Shown piece by piece: positions 1 through 10,329 of a stretch of 64,000 bases of DNA. Within the stretch, counting starts at the first letter, position 1. Each line of letters opens with the position of its first letter. The DNA is from an uncultured Prochlorococcus sp. GTDB taxonomy: Bacteria; Cyanobacteriota; Cyanobacteriia; PCC-6307; Cyanobiaceae. The notes below the pieces were generated by a model. The model had not been told where the DNA came from. It did no database searches and saw only the letters and a list, made by a program, of their open reading frames with translations. Both the position numbers and the translations under genes were made by a program. The DNA is taken from the NCBI GenBank assembly GCA_902600395.1, contig CACKJL010000001.1:3266-67265 (forward strand), written 5' to 3'.

Positions 1-45
1 TTAATCCATTTATAGGTTTATTAGAAGTCCAGTAATTTTCCATAA

Positions 46-336
46 TTATTTTTTCTTAATGTTCCCCTGAGAATTTTTTCTAGATATTTTCTTATATTCA
101 TTTCTAATTTCGTCTAATAAAAGTTTTCTTTTATCCATGTAGTTAAGAGAATCTTGTTTTGTTAAGTTATATCTTTCTTTTTTAGTTAAATTCATCCAAT
201 TATTAAGATTCTTTTTATTGAAAGTTGTTATTTTTTTAGAATTAAAAACTTTTTGTTTTCTACTTAATTTAAGAAAATTCCTTAAATTAAAAAAAATAAT
301 TATAAAAAGAAAAATTATTACTATCTTCAAGAACAT
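46..336 (-). CDS. Hypothetical protein, N-terminal hydrophobic anchor and Lys/Asn-rich tail
   Basis: 96-aa ORF. Its ATG (336-334) overlaps the hisS stop as TGATG, which suggests translational coupling. N-terminus [16 protein letters not shown] is hydrophobic. Confidence 0.6.
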   Translation of the reverse strand: MFLKIVIIFLFIIIFFNLRNFLKLSRKQKVFNSKKITTFNKKNLNNWMNLTKKERYNLTKQDSLNYMDKRKLLLDEIRNEYKKISRKNSQGNIKKK

Positions 337-1616
337 CACTTTACAAGTAAGTTATTGTTTATCCAATTTTCTAATTTAATATCATTCTCAAAAGATATAA
401 CCTCCTCTTCATTCCCATTACCTGATTGATCAAAGAGCCTTATAATAAATTCTCCATTAACTGCCTCATCATCACCAATAACAATAATACTTTTAGATTT
501 AAGTTTATTTGCCTTTTTAAATTGCTTAGAGAATGAGGCTCCGCTTAAATCTAACTCAACTAACAAATCGTAATTTCTTAATTTTCTAGATAAATCCATT
601 GCTAATGATTCAGCGACTAAGCCTTGATTAATGATATAGATATCAGTATTTCTTGGAATTTCAAGCTCTTTTCCTGCGAGTAAAATTAATCTTTCTAAAC
701 CAATAGCGAAACCAATTGCAGGTGTGTTTGGCCCTCCCATTTGTTTTATTAAATCGTCGTATCTCCCTCCTCCGCAAACTGTAGCTTGGGAGCCCAAATC
801 CCCACTAGTAATTTCAAAAGCTGTATGAGTGTAGTAATCTAAACCTCTTACAAGATTAAAATTTTCTATATAAGGTATTTTTAAAACCTCTAATTGTCTT
901 TTTAAGTCTAAATATCTGTTATGACTTTTTTCAGATAAAAAATTAAATAATCTTGGTGCATTTTCAAGAACTTTTTTAGTTTGAATATTCTTTGAGTCCA
1001 AAATCCTCAAAGGGTTTTTATAAATTCTATTCTGAGAATCTAAATCTAGAGAATCTTTATTTGTTTCTAACCACTTTATAAAAGATTTTTGAAAATTTGA
1101 TCTGTCATTAGTATCACCTAACGTATTTATTTCAAGATTAAGTTCTTTTATTCCTAATTTGCCTAATATATCCCAAGCTAAAGCAATAATTTCAACATCA
1201 CTTCTAACTGAATCATGTCCTATAAACTCAACACCTAATTGATGAAACTGTCTTTGCCTGCCTGCTTGAGGTCTTTCGTATCGAAACATGGGACCCATGT
1301 ACCAAAGTTTTTGAAGAGGATTAGACGATATTCCATTTTGTATTAACGCTCGTGCGACTGAGGCTGTTCCTTCAGGTCTTAGAGTGCAAGATCTCTCCCC
1401 CCTATCAAGAAATGTATACATTTCTTTACTGACAACATCTGTTCCTTCACCAATTCCTCTTATAAATAATTCGGTCATCTCCAATATTGGTGTTCTTATT
1501 TCTTTGATGGATGCTCTAGAAAGCTGTTCTAATAAAATTTTTTCAACGTTTTGCCACTTTACTAATTGATCAGGAAATAGGTCTACTGTTCCTCTTAGGT
1601 TTTTTAAGTTATTCAA
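336..1616 (-). CDS. hisS: Histidine--tRNA ligase
   Basis: [37 protein letters not shown] and GGGRYD motifs; TTG start. Confidence 0.97.
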   Translation of the reverse strand: MNNLKNLRGTVDLFPDQLVKWQNVEKILLEQLSRASIKEIRTPILEMTELFIRGIGEGTDVVSKEMYTFLDRGERSCTLRPEGTASVARALIQNGISSNPLQKLWYMGPMFRYERPQAGRQRQFHQLGVEFIGHDSVRSDVEIIALAWDILGKLGIKELNLEINTLGDTNDRSNFQKSFIKWLETNKDSLDLDSQNRIYKNPLRILDSKNIQTKKVLENAPRLFNFLSEKSHNRYLDLKRQLEVLKIPYIENFNLVRGLDYYTHTAFEITSGDLGSQATVCGGGRYDDLIKQMGGPNTPAIGFAIGLERLILLAGKELEIPRNTDIYIINQGLVAESLAMDLSRKLRNYDLLVELDLSGASFSKQFKKANKLKSKSIIVIGDDEAVNGEFIIRLFDQSGNGNEEEVISFENDIKLENWINNNLLVK

Positions 1617-1714
1617 AGTTCTAAAAAATAATTCAAAATTTTTAATTCATCTAGAAATTAATCTTTGATTGGTTATTTTGTGAGACAATTTTAATTTAAC
1701 ATTTAGAAAAACTA

Positions 1715-2137
1715 TTGGGAATTAATAAAAGTAAAGAGAATCAACATTGCGGTACAAAACCAAAAAAAATTGCTTTTGGAATAGCACCTCTTGGTATAGT
1801 TTCAATAGGAATAGTGCCAATGGGAGTAATAAGTATAGGGGTAGTCCCAATGGGTGTATTTTCTTTTGGTGCAGTCGCAATGGGAATAGTCAATTTATCA
1901 GTAGTCGGAATGGGAATTATCTCTGCCGGTGTTACTACTATGGGGATATGGGAGTATTCACCTAATTCTCATAAAAATCATCACAATCATTCCAAACAAA
2001 TTTCAAATTCAAATAAGGAAAATATGATGTCAGATCTATTTAACACTAAACAAGAGGCTGAAAAGGCTGCTTCAAAATACGGCTGTATTGGAGCACATAA
2101 AATGGGGAATAAATGGATGCCTTGTAAGATGCACTAA
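1715..2137 (+). CDS. Gly-rich decapeptide-repeat protein with His-rich linker and C-terminal DUF3721-like domain
   Basis: Six 10-aa repeats (e.g. GIVPMGVISI), HKNHHNH, then LFNTKQEAEKAASKYGCIGAHKMGNKWMPC, which resembles picocyanobacterial DUF3721. Confidence 0.75.
   Translation: MGINKSKENQHCGTKPKKIAFGIAPLGIVSIGIVPMGVISIGVVPMGVFSFGAVAMGIVNLSVVGMGIISAGVTTMGIWEYSPNSHKNHHNHSKQISNSNKENMMSDLFNTKQEAEKAASKYGCIGAHKMGNKWMPCKMH
1778..1957 (+). repeat. Intragenic 30-nt-period degenerate tandem repeat (6 units)
   Basis: ATGGG recurs at 1820, 1850, 1880, 1910 and 1940, exactly 30 nt apart. Confidence 0.9.
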
Positions 2138-2167
2138 ATATTTTCTTAGTCAAAAATTAAATAAATA

Positions 2168-2947
2168 TTAATTCAAAATCTCAACTCTAAAATCAAGATT
2201 TTTTGCCTCATTAGTAGTTAATTTTCTTGACCAAGCTCCTTGCACAGGACTATTCCATCTGAACCCAGCATTTTTAGCTAAAGACCTATCTTCGTAACTA
2301 ATCAGTGCCTTGTATAAAAACCTCGGTTCAGTAGCTTTAAGTAAAAGTTCCTCCAAATTATCACATTTTTTGAAGACTTCAGATATGTAAAAGCAATCAG
2401 ATAAAGCTCTATGTAAATTCCAAACTGGTATTGAAAAAGATAAAGCTAGATCAGTTACTGAGGGTCTATTTTTTAGTGATTTTTGAAAAGACCAATTAAT
2501 ATCTTCTAAACTACATATCCATTTTTTATTAAGTTTAGGTAATCTTCCTTTCCCAAACCACTTCTTATCAAACTCTACATTATGCGCGACAATGAAATCC
2601 GAACTATCAACAAGTTTTAAAAAGAAATTCAATCCATCTTCCCATGGTTGAGAAATATTAGTTACTTCTGCAGATATGCCATTAACATATTCTGCTTCAT
2701 TATTACTAACTGGGAACAAAAATGAGACCTGTGAAAGTACACATTTAAAAGATACATCAAACAAAATACAACCTATCTCTATCACTTCATCTTTATTTTC
2801 ATCTAAACCAGTTGTTTCAGTATCAAGAATTAAAATTTTTTCAATTTTTTTATCCTGATTAGCAACACTATCTTCAGAGGGAAAACTGATAACTTGATCC
2901 TGAAGAATATCCAATTGATTTAATTCTTTTTTGTTTGATAGTTCCAA
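2168..2947 (-). CDS. DEDDh 3'-5' exonuclease (DnaQ/Pol III epsilon-like) with C-terminal DUF5710-like segment
   Basis: ILDTETTG, AHNVEFD and HRALSD motifs; C-terminal ISYEDRSLAKNAGFRW. Confidence 0.88.
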   Translation of the reverse strand: MELSNKKELNQLDILQDQVISFPSEDSVANQDKKIEKILILDTETTGLDENKDEVIEIGCILFDVSFKCVLSQVSFLFPVSNNEAEYVNGISAEVTNISQPWEDGLNFFLKLVDSSDFIVAHNVEFDKKWFGKGRLPKLNKKWICSLEDINWSFQKSLKNRPSVTDLALSFSIPVWNLHRALSDCFYISEVFKKCDNLEELLLKATEPRFLYKALISYEDRSLAKNAGFRWNSPVQGAWSRKLTTNEAKNLDFRVEILN

Positions 2948-3064
2948 TTAACTGAAAACACTTTTATTTATCTTGACGCATTTAATAAAAATTTCTCTTA
3001 AATTAATATAAATTAAGAAATATGATTAGAAAATAATTTTCGAAACATTTTTAGTTTATGAAAG

Positions 3065-3787
3065 ATGACTTTTACAAAATATCAATTTAATAATTTTTGT
3101 TATTGGCCTTCAAATCCTAAAAAAATTGTAGAATTTATTGGTGGAAGTTATCTGGCTTCTAAACCAGATTTAACTTATAAAAGATTCATAGAGAGTTTAA
3201 TTAATAAAAACTATGCAGTACATGCATATAAATACACTCCACAATTTGATCACCAACAACTTGCTATTAAAGCATGGAGGGATTTCAAGAATTGTCGAAT
3301 ATCTTTATCAAAGAGAATAGGAACATCAATTCCTTCAATAAGAATTGGTCATAGCCTAGGCTGCAAACTTCATCTAATTTCTCCTGATGGTGGAAGAAAT
3401 TGCGAAAAATTCATATCAATAAGTTTTAACAACTTCAGTGCTAATAAATCTATTCCATTATTGAAACAAATTTCTCGAAAATTAGAATTCAAAAGTGAAT
3501 TCAGCCCAAGCCCTGAAAGAACTTTGCGATTAATTGAAAAAACATATAATCAAAAAAATAACTTCCTAATAAAATTCAACTCAGATGAATTAGATCAAAC
3601 AGATAAATTATTTTCTTGCCTGAAAGCAAGAAAAGAAGATAATTCAAAGGGAGTAATGTTAAAAGGTACGCACACTATAATTGCAAGCGCAGGACTAAGA
3701 GAAAATTTTTTGGGAGACTGGGCCGATGATGAATTCAAAAGAAATACTATAAAAAAAATTTCCAATTTAATTGATGAATCTGATTAG
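3065..3787 (+). CDS. DUF1350-family alpha/beta hydrolase-like protein
   Basis: [17 protein letters not shown] nucleophile-elbow motif, SFNN, EFSPSP. Confidence 0.8.
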   Translation: MTFTKYQFNNFCYWPSNPKKIVEFIGGSYLASKPDLTYKRFIESLINKNYAVHAYKYTPQFDHQQLAIKAWRDFKNCRISLSKRIGTSIPSIRIGHSLGCKLHLISPDGGRNCEKFISISFNNFSANKSIPLLKQISRKLEFKSEFSPSPERTLRLIEKTYNQKNNFLIKFNSDELDQTDKLFSCLKARKEDNSKGVMLKGTHTIIASAGLRENFLGDWADDEFKRNTIKKISNLIDESD

Positions 3788-5766
3788 GATAATTCTTTCA
3801 GCTTTTCCAAAACAGAACTATCTTCGAGAGTGCTTATATCACCGCTAATTTTTTCTCCAGCAGCTAAAGATCTTAAAATTCGTCTCATAATTTTTCCACT
3901 ACGTGTTTTCGGAAGAGAGTCAGAAATTATAATCTTTTCAGGCTTTGCGATAATTCCAATTTCATTAACAACATGTTTCTTTAGATCCTCTACTAATTCT
4001 GAAGAACCGTTCACTTCTTTCTCTAGAGATACAAAAGCAACTATAACTTCACCTTTTAAATCATCTTTTTTGCCAACGACTGCAGACTCTGCAACTGATT
4101 TATGACTTACCAAAGCAGATTCTATTTCCATTGTTCCTAACCTATGTCCTGAAACACTTATGACATCATCAACTCTTCCCATAATCCATATATATCCGTC
4201 TTCATCAATGCGTGCCCCATCTCCAGCAAAATAAACATTTTTTTCTCCTTTAAAGGAAATATATTCCCAATAACTCTCCAAATATCTCTCTGAGTTTCCA
4301 TGAATTGTTCTCATCATACCTGGCCATGGTTTCTTAATAATTAAATAGCCACCCTCATTTTCTTTAACCTTATCTCCATTCTTATCGACGATTTCAACTT
4401 CGATTCCTGGCAGAGGGAAAGTAGCCGAACCTGGCTTCGTAGCAACCACTCCAGGCAAGGGACTTATCATCACACCACCAGTCTCAGTTTGCCACCAAGT
4501 ATCAACAATAGGGCATTTATTTTTACCAATAACATCTTTGTACCACATCCATGCTTCAGGATTAATTGGTTCTCCAACTGTACCCAAAAGTCTAAGACTC
4601 TCAAGATTATATTTATCAGGGATTTCACGTCCAGACTTCATAAATGCTCTTATTGCAGTTGGTGCAGTATAAAAAATTGAAACCTTATATTTTTGAACAA
4701 TTTCCCAAAAAGCCCCTAAATTTGAGGGTCTTGGCACTCCCTCATACATTAAGGTTGTAGCACCATTAGATAAAGGCCCATAAACTATGTAACTATGACC
4801 TGTAATCCAACCAACATCAGCAGTACACCAATAAATATCATCATCTTTCAAATCAAAAATCCATTTAAATGTCAAATGGGACCAAAGATTGTAACCACCA
4901 GTAGTGTGAACTACACCTTTGGGCTTTCCAGTAGAGCCTGAAGTATAAAGAATAAAAAGTCTATCTTCGCTATTCATTATTTCTGGTTCACAATAATCTT
5001 TTTGATCTTTTAATAATTCGTGCCACCAAAAATCTCTATCTTCAACCATCGCAATATTTTTTTTGGATCGTTGAACAACAACTACTTTTTCAACAACTTT
5101 ATCTGCCCCACTTTCAATTGCCGCATCAACTGCTTTCTTAAGTTCTATCACCTTATCTTTTCTAAAGCCACCATCAGCAGTAATAACAAATCTTGCGTTT
5201 CCATCAATTAACCTATCTTTTAAAGCTTCTGAAGAAAATCCTCCGAAGACAACTGAATGAGGGGCGCCAATTCTTGCACAAGCTAACATCGCAAACATCG
5301 CTTCAGGAATCATCGGCATATAAATACATACCAAATCTCCTTTTTTTACACCAATTGCTTTTAATGCATTAGCTGCTTTACATACCTCTTTTAGAAGTTC
5401 TTCGAAAGTATATTTTTTGCTATCTCCGGGTTCGCCTTCCCATATAAGTGCAGTCTTTCCTCCAAGCCCACTCTTAATGTGTCTATCTAAGCAGTTATAT
5501 GTAATATTGAGTTTCCCTTCTTTGAACCATTTGAAAAAAGGGGCATTTTCGTTATCTAATACAGTTTGAAATGGCTCAAACCAATCTAATTCAGATTTTG
5601 CAAAGGATTCCCAAAATTGAATAGGATTACCTGATGCTTGTTTTTTTAGACTATGTAATTCTTCTTGAGTACTAATATTTGAGTTTTCTGCAAATTTTTT
5701 TGATGGAGGAAAAATTCTCTTTTCTTCAAGTATGTTATTGATTGAATTTTTTTTATCTAATGACAT
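3784..5766 (-). CDS. acs: Acetyl-CoA synthetase
   Basis: [20 protein letters not shown] and [11 protein letters not shown] motifs. Confidence 0.97.
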   Translation of the reverse strand: MSLDKKNSINNILEEKRIFPPSKKFAENSNISTQEELHSLKKQASGNPIQFWESFAKSELDWFEPFQTVLDNENAPFFKWFKEGKLNITYNCLDRHIKSGLGGKTALIWEGEPGDSKKYTFEELLKEVCKAANALKAIGVKKGDLVCIYMPMIPEAMFAMLACARIGAPHSVVFGGFSSEALKDRLIDGNARFVITADGGFRKDKVIELKKAVDAAIESGADKVVEKVVVVQRSKKNIAMVEDRDFWWHELLKDQKDYCEPEIMNSEDRLFILYTSGSTGKPKGVVHTTGGYNLWSHLTFKWIFDLKDDDIYWCTADVGWITGHSYIVYGPLSNGATTLMYEGVPRPSNLGAFWEIVQKYKVSIFYTAPTAIRAFMKSGREIPDKYNLESLRLLGTVGEPINPEAWMWYKDVIGKNKCPIVDTWWQTETGGVMISPLPGVVATKPGSATFPLPGIEVEIVDKNGDKVKENEGGYLIIKKPWPGMMRTIHGNSERYLESYWEYISFKGEKNVYFAGDGARIDEDGYIWIMGRVDDVISVSGHRLGTMEIESALVSHKSVAESAVVGKKDDLKGEVIVAFVSLEKEVNGSSELVEDLKKHVVNEIGIIAKPEKIIISDSLPKTRSGKIMRRILRSLAAGEKISGDISTLEDSSVLEKLKELS

Positions 5767-5860
5767 TAAATAAATCTATGCTTAATAAATTTAGACGAAA
5801 AAATTAAGGTTTTCAAAAATTTTAATATTAATTTAGCTCAAAGATTTATTTCTAATAGAT

Positions 5861-6832
5861 CTAATAAATACGGCTTAGAACAAATTCTGGAAGAGCCAAT
5901 AAAGCTCTTTTATATTCTGAATCAGGAAGCCAGACTATAGCTTCTTTAGAAAGCATTGCAAAATCCTCAGCTAGTTTCCTGGAACTTTCAATAGCTTTAG
6001 AGTTCATGATGATATTAAGAGCATCATCTAGATCATCTTTTTCAGCAAGTTCTCTGTTTATTAGAACTGACAATTGTTTATTTTCTTCTAAGGCATATAA
6101 AACTGGGGCGGTAAGATAACCACTAGCAAGATCACTTACAGCAGGTTTTCCAAGTTGTTTATCATTTCCAGTAAAGTCAAGAATGTCATCTACAACTTGG
6201 AATGCCAAACCAATATTTTTGCCAAAATCGTACAACGAAGTTAAGTTTTCTTCATTAATCCCACTCAATACTCCAGCTGCTTTGCAACTATTTGCTATTA
6301 ATGAGGCTGTTTTACAATAACTTTTATTAATGTATTTAGAAAAAGATTGAGCCGAATCAAATCTATTTAAATTTTGTTTAATTTCACCCTCTGCTAAATC
6401 CATTATTACTCTACTAAGTAATTTAACTACATTTACATTGTCAAGATTTGCTAGGTGCCAACTTGCTTGAGCGAATAAAAAGTCACCCGCCAAAACAGCA
6501 ACTCTGGTATTAAATCTGCTATGAACAGTATCTACTCCTCTTCTTGTAGAAGCCTCATCAACAACATCATCATGTACTAATGAGGCTGTATGAATCATCT
6601 CAGTTATTTCAGCAAGCCTTTTATGTTTGCTTGTCAAGCAAAATTCAGGAGAAATCGCTTTTGAAATCAATAAAACAATGCCTGGCCTCAACCTTTTCCC
6701 CCCAGCACTAAAAAGGTGTTCTGCTGCGGCTTGAAGGATTGGGTGACCAGCTCCTATAAGATTTTTCAGCTCTAAAATAAGATCATCAAGATCATTTTCA
6801 ACTGGTTGTAGTAGCTCTGTTACTGTATTCAT
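5861..6832 (-). CDS. sds: Solanesyl diphosphate synthase
   Basis: GGKRLRP, two DDxxD motifs (HDDVVD, VDDILD), GKP..DL. Confidence 0.92.
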   Translation of the reverse strand: MNTVTELLQPVENDLDDLILELKNLIGAGHPILQAAAEHLFSAGGKRLRPGIVLLISKAISPEFCLTSKHKRLAEITEMIHTASLVHDDVVDEASTRRGVDTVHSRFNTRVAVLAGDFLFAQASWHLANLDNVNVVKLLSRVIMDLAEGEIKQNLNRFDSAQSFSKYINKSYCKTASLIANSCKAAGVLSGINEENLTSLYDFGKNIGLAFQVVDDILDFTGNDKQLGKPAVSDLASGYLTAPVLYALEENKQLSVLINRELAEKDDLDDALNIIMNSKAIESSRKLAEDFAMLSKEAIVWLPDSEYKRALLALPEFVLSRIY

Positions 6833-6859
6833 GATTGACCTCTTCTATATCTTAAGGAA

Positions 6860-7654
6860 TCAAACATTACTTCGGAGGTTAACCAACCTAATTTCTTTAT
6901 TAATTCCAAGCCAAAATTTTACTTTATTGAAAAACTCATCTCTTTCTGAAGTAACAAAAAATTTTACATTTTCGAAAGAAATACTTTCATAGCCATCAGT
7001 TTTTGGAATAGCAAAAGATTCATTAAATTTTTTTATTAATGCTAGCGATGGGTCAATAATTTTTATATTTGAATCTAATTTTTTTCTTAAAAAGTCATAA
7101 ATTAAAGGATAGTGACTACATCCAAGTATTAATTCTTCAATATTTTTATTTATTAGTGGTCTTAAGTATAAATCTGAAAGACTATTTAACTTATCAAGAT
7201 TTAATTTTTCTTTTTCAATTTCTGATACAAATTCTGGACATTCTTGCTGAAATACTATCGTATTCTTTTTTTTAGCATTTATAGCTTTCTTGTAATACGA
7301 TGATCGAACAGTTGTTTGTGTTGCTAGGACACCAATTATTTGTTTATTAACTATTTCCGATACTGAGTTTATAAGGTCAAAACAAGGGACCTTTAAATTA
7401 TCTTCTAGAATGTCAAGCGCACACGCATTTGTAGTGTTACAAGCAACTAAAAGTGCATCCAAATTCTTATCAACAAAAAAAGTACAAATCTCCTTTGCAA
7501 TTAATCTTATCTCTTTAGAATTTTTGTTCCCAAAAGGTATTCTTTTTGTATCCGCCAAATAAAAAACTTCTACATCTTTACGTGTTTTTAGTAAAGAATT
7601 AAGGATAGTAAAACCACCTATTCCGCTATCAAATATACCTACTTTAAGTTTCAC
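6860..7654 (-). CDS. murI: Glutamate racemase
   Basis: FDSGIGG and catalytic Cys motifs ACNT and LGCSHY; GTG start overlaps the amiC stop. Confidence 0.95.
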   Translation of the reverse strand: MKLKVGIFDSGIGGFTILNSLLKTRKDVEVFYLADTKRIPFGNKNSKEIRLIAKEICTFFVDKNLDALLVACNTTNACALDILEDNLKVPCFDLINSVSEIVNKQIIGVLATQTTVRSSYYKKAINAKKKNTIVFQQECPEFVSEIEKEKLNLDKLNSLSDLYLRPLINKNIEELILGCSHYPLIYDFLRKKLDSNIKIIDPSLALIKKFNESFAIPKTDGYESISFENVKFFVTSERDEFFNKVKFWLGINKEIRLVNLRSNV

Positions 7655-8736
7655 CCTACTTTATCTAGATATTCGAGGATGCCTTTTGCAATTGCATAAG
7701 CTAATCTTTTTCGATGGGTTATTTTTTCTAATCTTCTTGAATCTAATCTTCCCGTTAAAAATCCAATTTCTACAAGGACTGCAGGCATCCTAGTATTTTT
7801 AATTACGTAAAATCGTCCTTGTTTAACTCCTCGATCAGGACTCCCAGGGGAAACTCTTAAAATTTGTTTTTGAATTCTTTTTGCGAGTAATCTTCCTCTC
7901 CACCCTCTGTAATAAAAGGTTTCCAATCCATTTATGTCCCTTCTTTTACCTCTTGAGGCATTTGCATGAATACTTACAAAGATATCTGCATCCGTATTAT
8001 TAGCAATGGAAACTCTTGGAGGTAAATCTAAATTAACGTCATTTGTTCTAGTCAACCTTACTTTGACACCTTTCTCAGAGAGTAAATTTTTAACTATTTT
8101 TGAAACCTCTAAAACAACATCTGTTTCTCTAATACCACCAATACCTATTGCTCCTGGATCAGGTCCACCATGCCCTGGATCGATCACAACTTCGTACTTG
8201 TTTCGTTTTACCTCTGGTAGTTTCAAGTAACCATAATTGTTTTTCTTCTTATGAAAAAGATTTTGATTTGCTTTAATATTTCCTCTTTTCTTTTCAACTA
8301 AACCTTCACCAATCTTTTTAAATGAATATTTTGGGTTAAGTAGTTTAATTCTCCATCTATTTTGATCTAAGCCAACCATTTGCCAAGTCAAAGGTTTCAA
8401 AAAAGTATCTTCCTTAAATTCAATTACTAGTCTTGTTTTACCCTTAATTGGTTTACCTAATCTAATTTCTTTTATTGGACCATTACCTTTTATTGTTCTG
8501 GGATTTTTTAATTCTCCTGGGAAATCTACCCAAAATCTATCTCCAGATATTTTGTTAGCCTTCTGAAAATATGCTTTTAAATTTGAATTTGATTTGGTTC
8601 TTAATTCTAAAACTCCATTAGTGTTTATCGCCCATGCTGCAAGATCACTTGAAGATTTAACTGTGAGGATTGGAGAATTTAAAAATAAAAAAACTGATAA
8701 ACAACGAAAAAGCTTATTATGTAAAAACTTTTTCAT
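7651..8736 (-). CDS. amiC: N-acetylmuramoyl-L-alanine amidase (AMIN + Amidase_3)
   Basis: IDPGHGG, SIHANA and LVEIGF motifs; N-terminal signal-like region. Confidence 0.9.
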   Translation of the reverse strand: MKKFLHNKLFRCLSVFLFLNSPILTVKSSSDLAAWAINTNGVLELRTKSNSNLKAYFQKANKISGDRFWVDFPGELKNPRTIKGNGPIKEIRLGKPIKGKTRLVIEFKEDTFLKPLTWQMVGLDQNRWRIKLLNPKYSFKKIGEGLVEKKRGNIKANQNLFHKKKNNYGYLKLPEVKRNKYEVVIDPGHGGPDPGAIGIGGIRETDVVLEVSKIVKNLLSEKGVKVRLTRTNDVNLDLPPRVSIANNTDADIFVSIHANASRGKRRDINGLETFYYRGWRGRLLAKRIQKQILRVSPGSPDRGVKQGRFYVIKNTRMPAVLVEIGFLTGRLDSRRLEKITHRKRLAYAIAKGILEYLDKVG

Positions 8737-9563
8737 TAGTTTGAAAATAGTTTGTTTTTTCTATGTTTAAGGCTTGGCATCTGCTCCCTAATTTTCTTTA
8801 CTCTTTCTTTATCAGCAGGGGCTATTGCGGCTCCCTGAGTTTTTCCAGCATCAGATAAAACTGTACCCCAAGGGTCAATTACCATTGCATGACCATGACT
8901 TTGCCTTCTTCCATAATGAATTCCAGTTTGAGCTGGAGCAACTACATATGCTGTATTCTCAATTGCTCTTGCTTGTAATAGGATTTGCCAATGATCTTTA
9001 CCAGTAAATGCTGTAAAAGCTGCGGGAATCATAATTAGCTCTGCACCATTCGAAGACAAATATCTATAGAGTTCAGGAAATCTAACGTCGTAACAAATCG
9101 ACAACCCTACTTTGCACAAACCTGGGACATCTACAACAGGTGGATACTCTGCCCCAGATAAAATAGTGGATGATTCCTTATATAAATTTCCATCTGGCAA
9201 ATCAACATCAAACAAATGAATCTTGTCGTATTTTGCCAAAATCTGTCCATCTTTCCCAAATAAGGCAGACCTATTAAAAGTATGACTATCATCACCAGCA
9301 GGAACAGGATACCCTCCTCCCAAAAGAAATACTTGGTATCTTTGAGACATAGTTTTTAGAAAATTTGCACACTTCTCTGATAATTCAGAAGCTAATCTAA
9401 GTTTTTCATCATCTCCTCCTAAAAAGGCAAAATTCTCAGGCAATCCTATTAACTCAGCACCTCTTCTAGCAGCTAATTCAATCTGTTCTTCTGCTTCAAT
9501 AAAATTTGCTTCAACATTCGAGGTGCTCGTAATTTGCAAAGCAGCTACCAAAAAATCAGTCAA
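8736..9563 (-). CDS. Carbon-nitrogen hydrolase (Nit1/deaminated glutathione amidase-like)
   Basis: Glu-Lys-Cys triad: LPENF, YDKIHLFD, ICYDVRFPE; ARAIEN. Confidence 0.9.
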   Translation of the reverse strand: MTDFLVAALQITSTSNVEANFIEAEEQIELAARRGAELIGLPENFAFLGGDDEKLRLASELSEKCANFLKTMSQRYQVFLLGGGYPVPAGDDSHTFNRSALFGKDGQILAKYDKIHLFDVDLPDGNLYKESSTILSGAEYPPVVDVPGLCKVGLSICYDVRFPELYRYLSSNGAELIMIPAAFTAFTGKDHWQILLQARAIENTAYVVAPAQTGIHYGRRQSHGHAMVIDPWGTVLSDAGKTQGAAIAPADKERVKKIREQMPSLKHRKNKLFSN

Positions 9564-9593
9564 GATTTTACTCCTAGTGAACCAATTCGTAAA

Positions 9594-10322
9594 TCATGAG
9601 GCACGAATCACACCTCTTTCAACTTGTGCTGGAACAATATCTAAGCAATCAAGTTCAGAACAACATTTAAAATCATCCTCATAATCTCCAAGACTTGTCA
9701 ATCTTTTGCCATGGGTTGCTGTTTTTAAACATTTTAAAATATCATTTCTCCAAAAATCCCAAAGAGCCAAAGCAGCTTGTAATTCGTCATTTACAACGTT
9801 AATTTTAAAATCACAGTTCTCTATTAGGTATGAAGCCAAAGCACCAGCAGCTAAAGAATCCTCAAGTGAATAAGAGCCTTCCCAGCCACTACCAAGTATT
9901 AAAACATTTTCACTTTTTAATGAAATAATTTTTTCAGCAACTGCTTTCCTATTTGGGAGAGCCATAGCAAATAAATACTTGGCATTTTGAACTTTTTGCA
10001 ACGATTTAGTCCCATTAGTCGTACTCATAAAAAGTCTTTTACCATTAACAACTTTTTTTGTAACTGATAAAGGAGAATTTCCTAAATCAAAGCCCTCAAT
10101 CTTTTTACCGCCTCTCTCTCCAAGCATTAGTCTGTTTTCAGTTTGCCACTTAATTGCAGATTCTTTTAATAAATCTAAATCTGCAAAAACTTGAACTGAA
10201 TCAGCTCCATTTTTTAAAGCCCAAGAGATTGTGGTTGTAGCTCTTAAAACATCGATAACTACAGCAATATCTGGACTTATTTCAGGAACATCCTTTGCAA
10301 CGTGATAATAAGTAAGATTAAT
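9594..10322 (-). CDS. comB: 2-phosphosulfolactate phosphatase family protein (probable ATT start)
   Basis: The frame is open 65 codons upstream of the ORF-track ATG and encodes VVIDVLRATTT. GER.G, GNSP, TTNGT and SLED motifs follow. Confidence 0.88.
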   Translation of the reverse strand: MNLTYYHVAKDVPEISPDIAVVIDVLRATTTISWALKNGADSVQVFADLDLLKESAIKWQTENRLMLGERGGKKIEGFDLGNSPLSVTKKVVNGKRLFMSTTNGTKSLQKVQNAKYLFAMALPNRKAVAEKIISLKSENVLILGSGWEGSYSLEDSLAAGALASYLIENCDFKINVVNDELQAALALWDFWRNDILKCLKTATHGKRLTSLGDYEDDFKCCSELDCLDIVPAQVERGVIRAS

Positions 10323-10329
10323 AATCGAT

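Noticed and set aside
1778-1957. Regular 30-nt repeat as a possible CRISPR array
   Set aside because: The units are degenerate, codon-phased and inside an ORF; there is no repeat-spacer structure and no cas genes
1747-1965. 72-aa alternative-frame ORF inside the repeat gene
   Set aside because: Its periodicity (RNGN...) is a by-product of the 30-nt repeat, and there is no independent evidence for it
9594-10127. comB as a truncated pseudogene
   Set aside because: The upstream frame is open with no stop or frameshift and encodes conserved motifs; a non-canonical start explains it better
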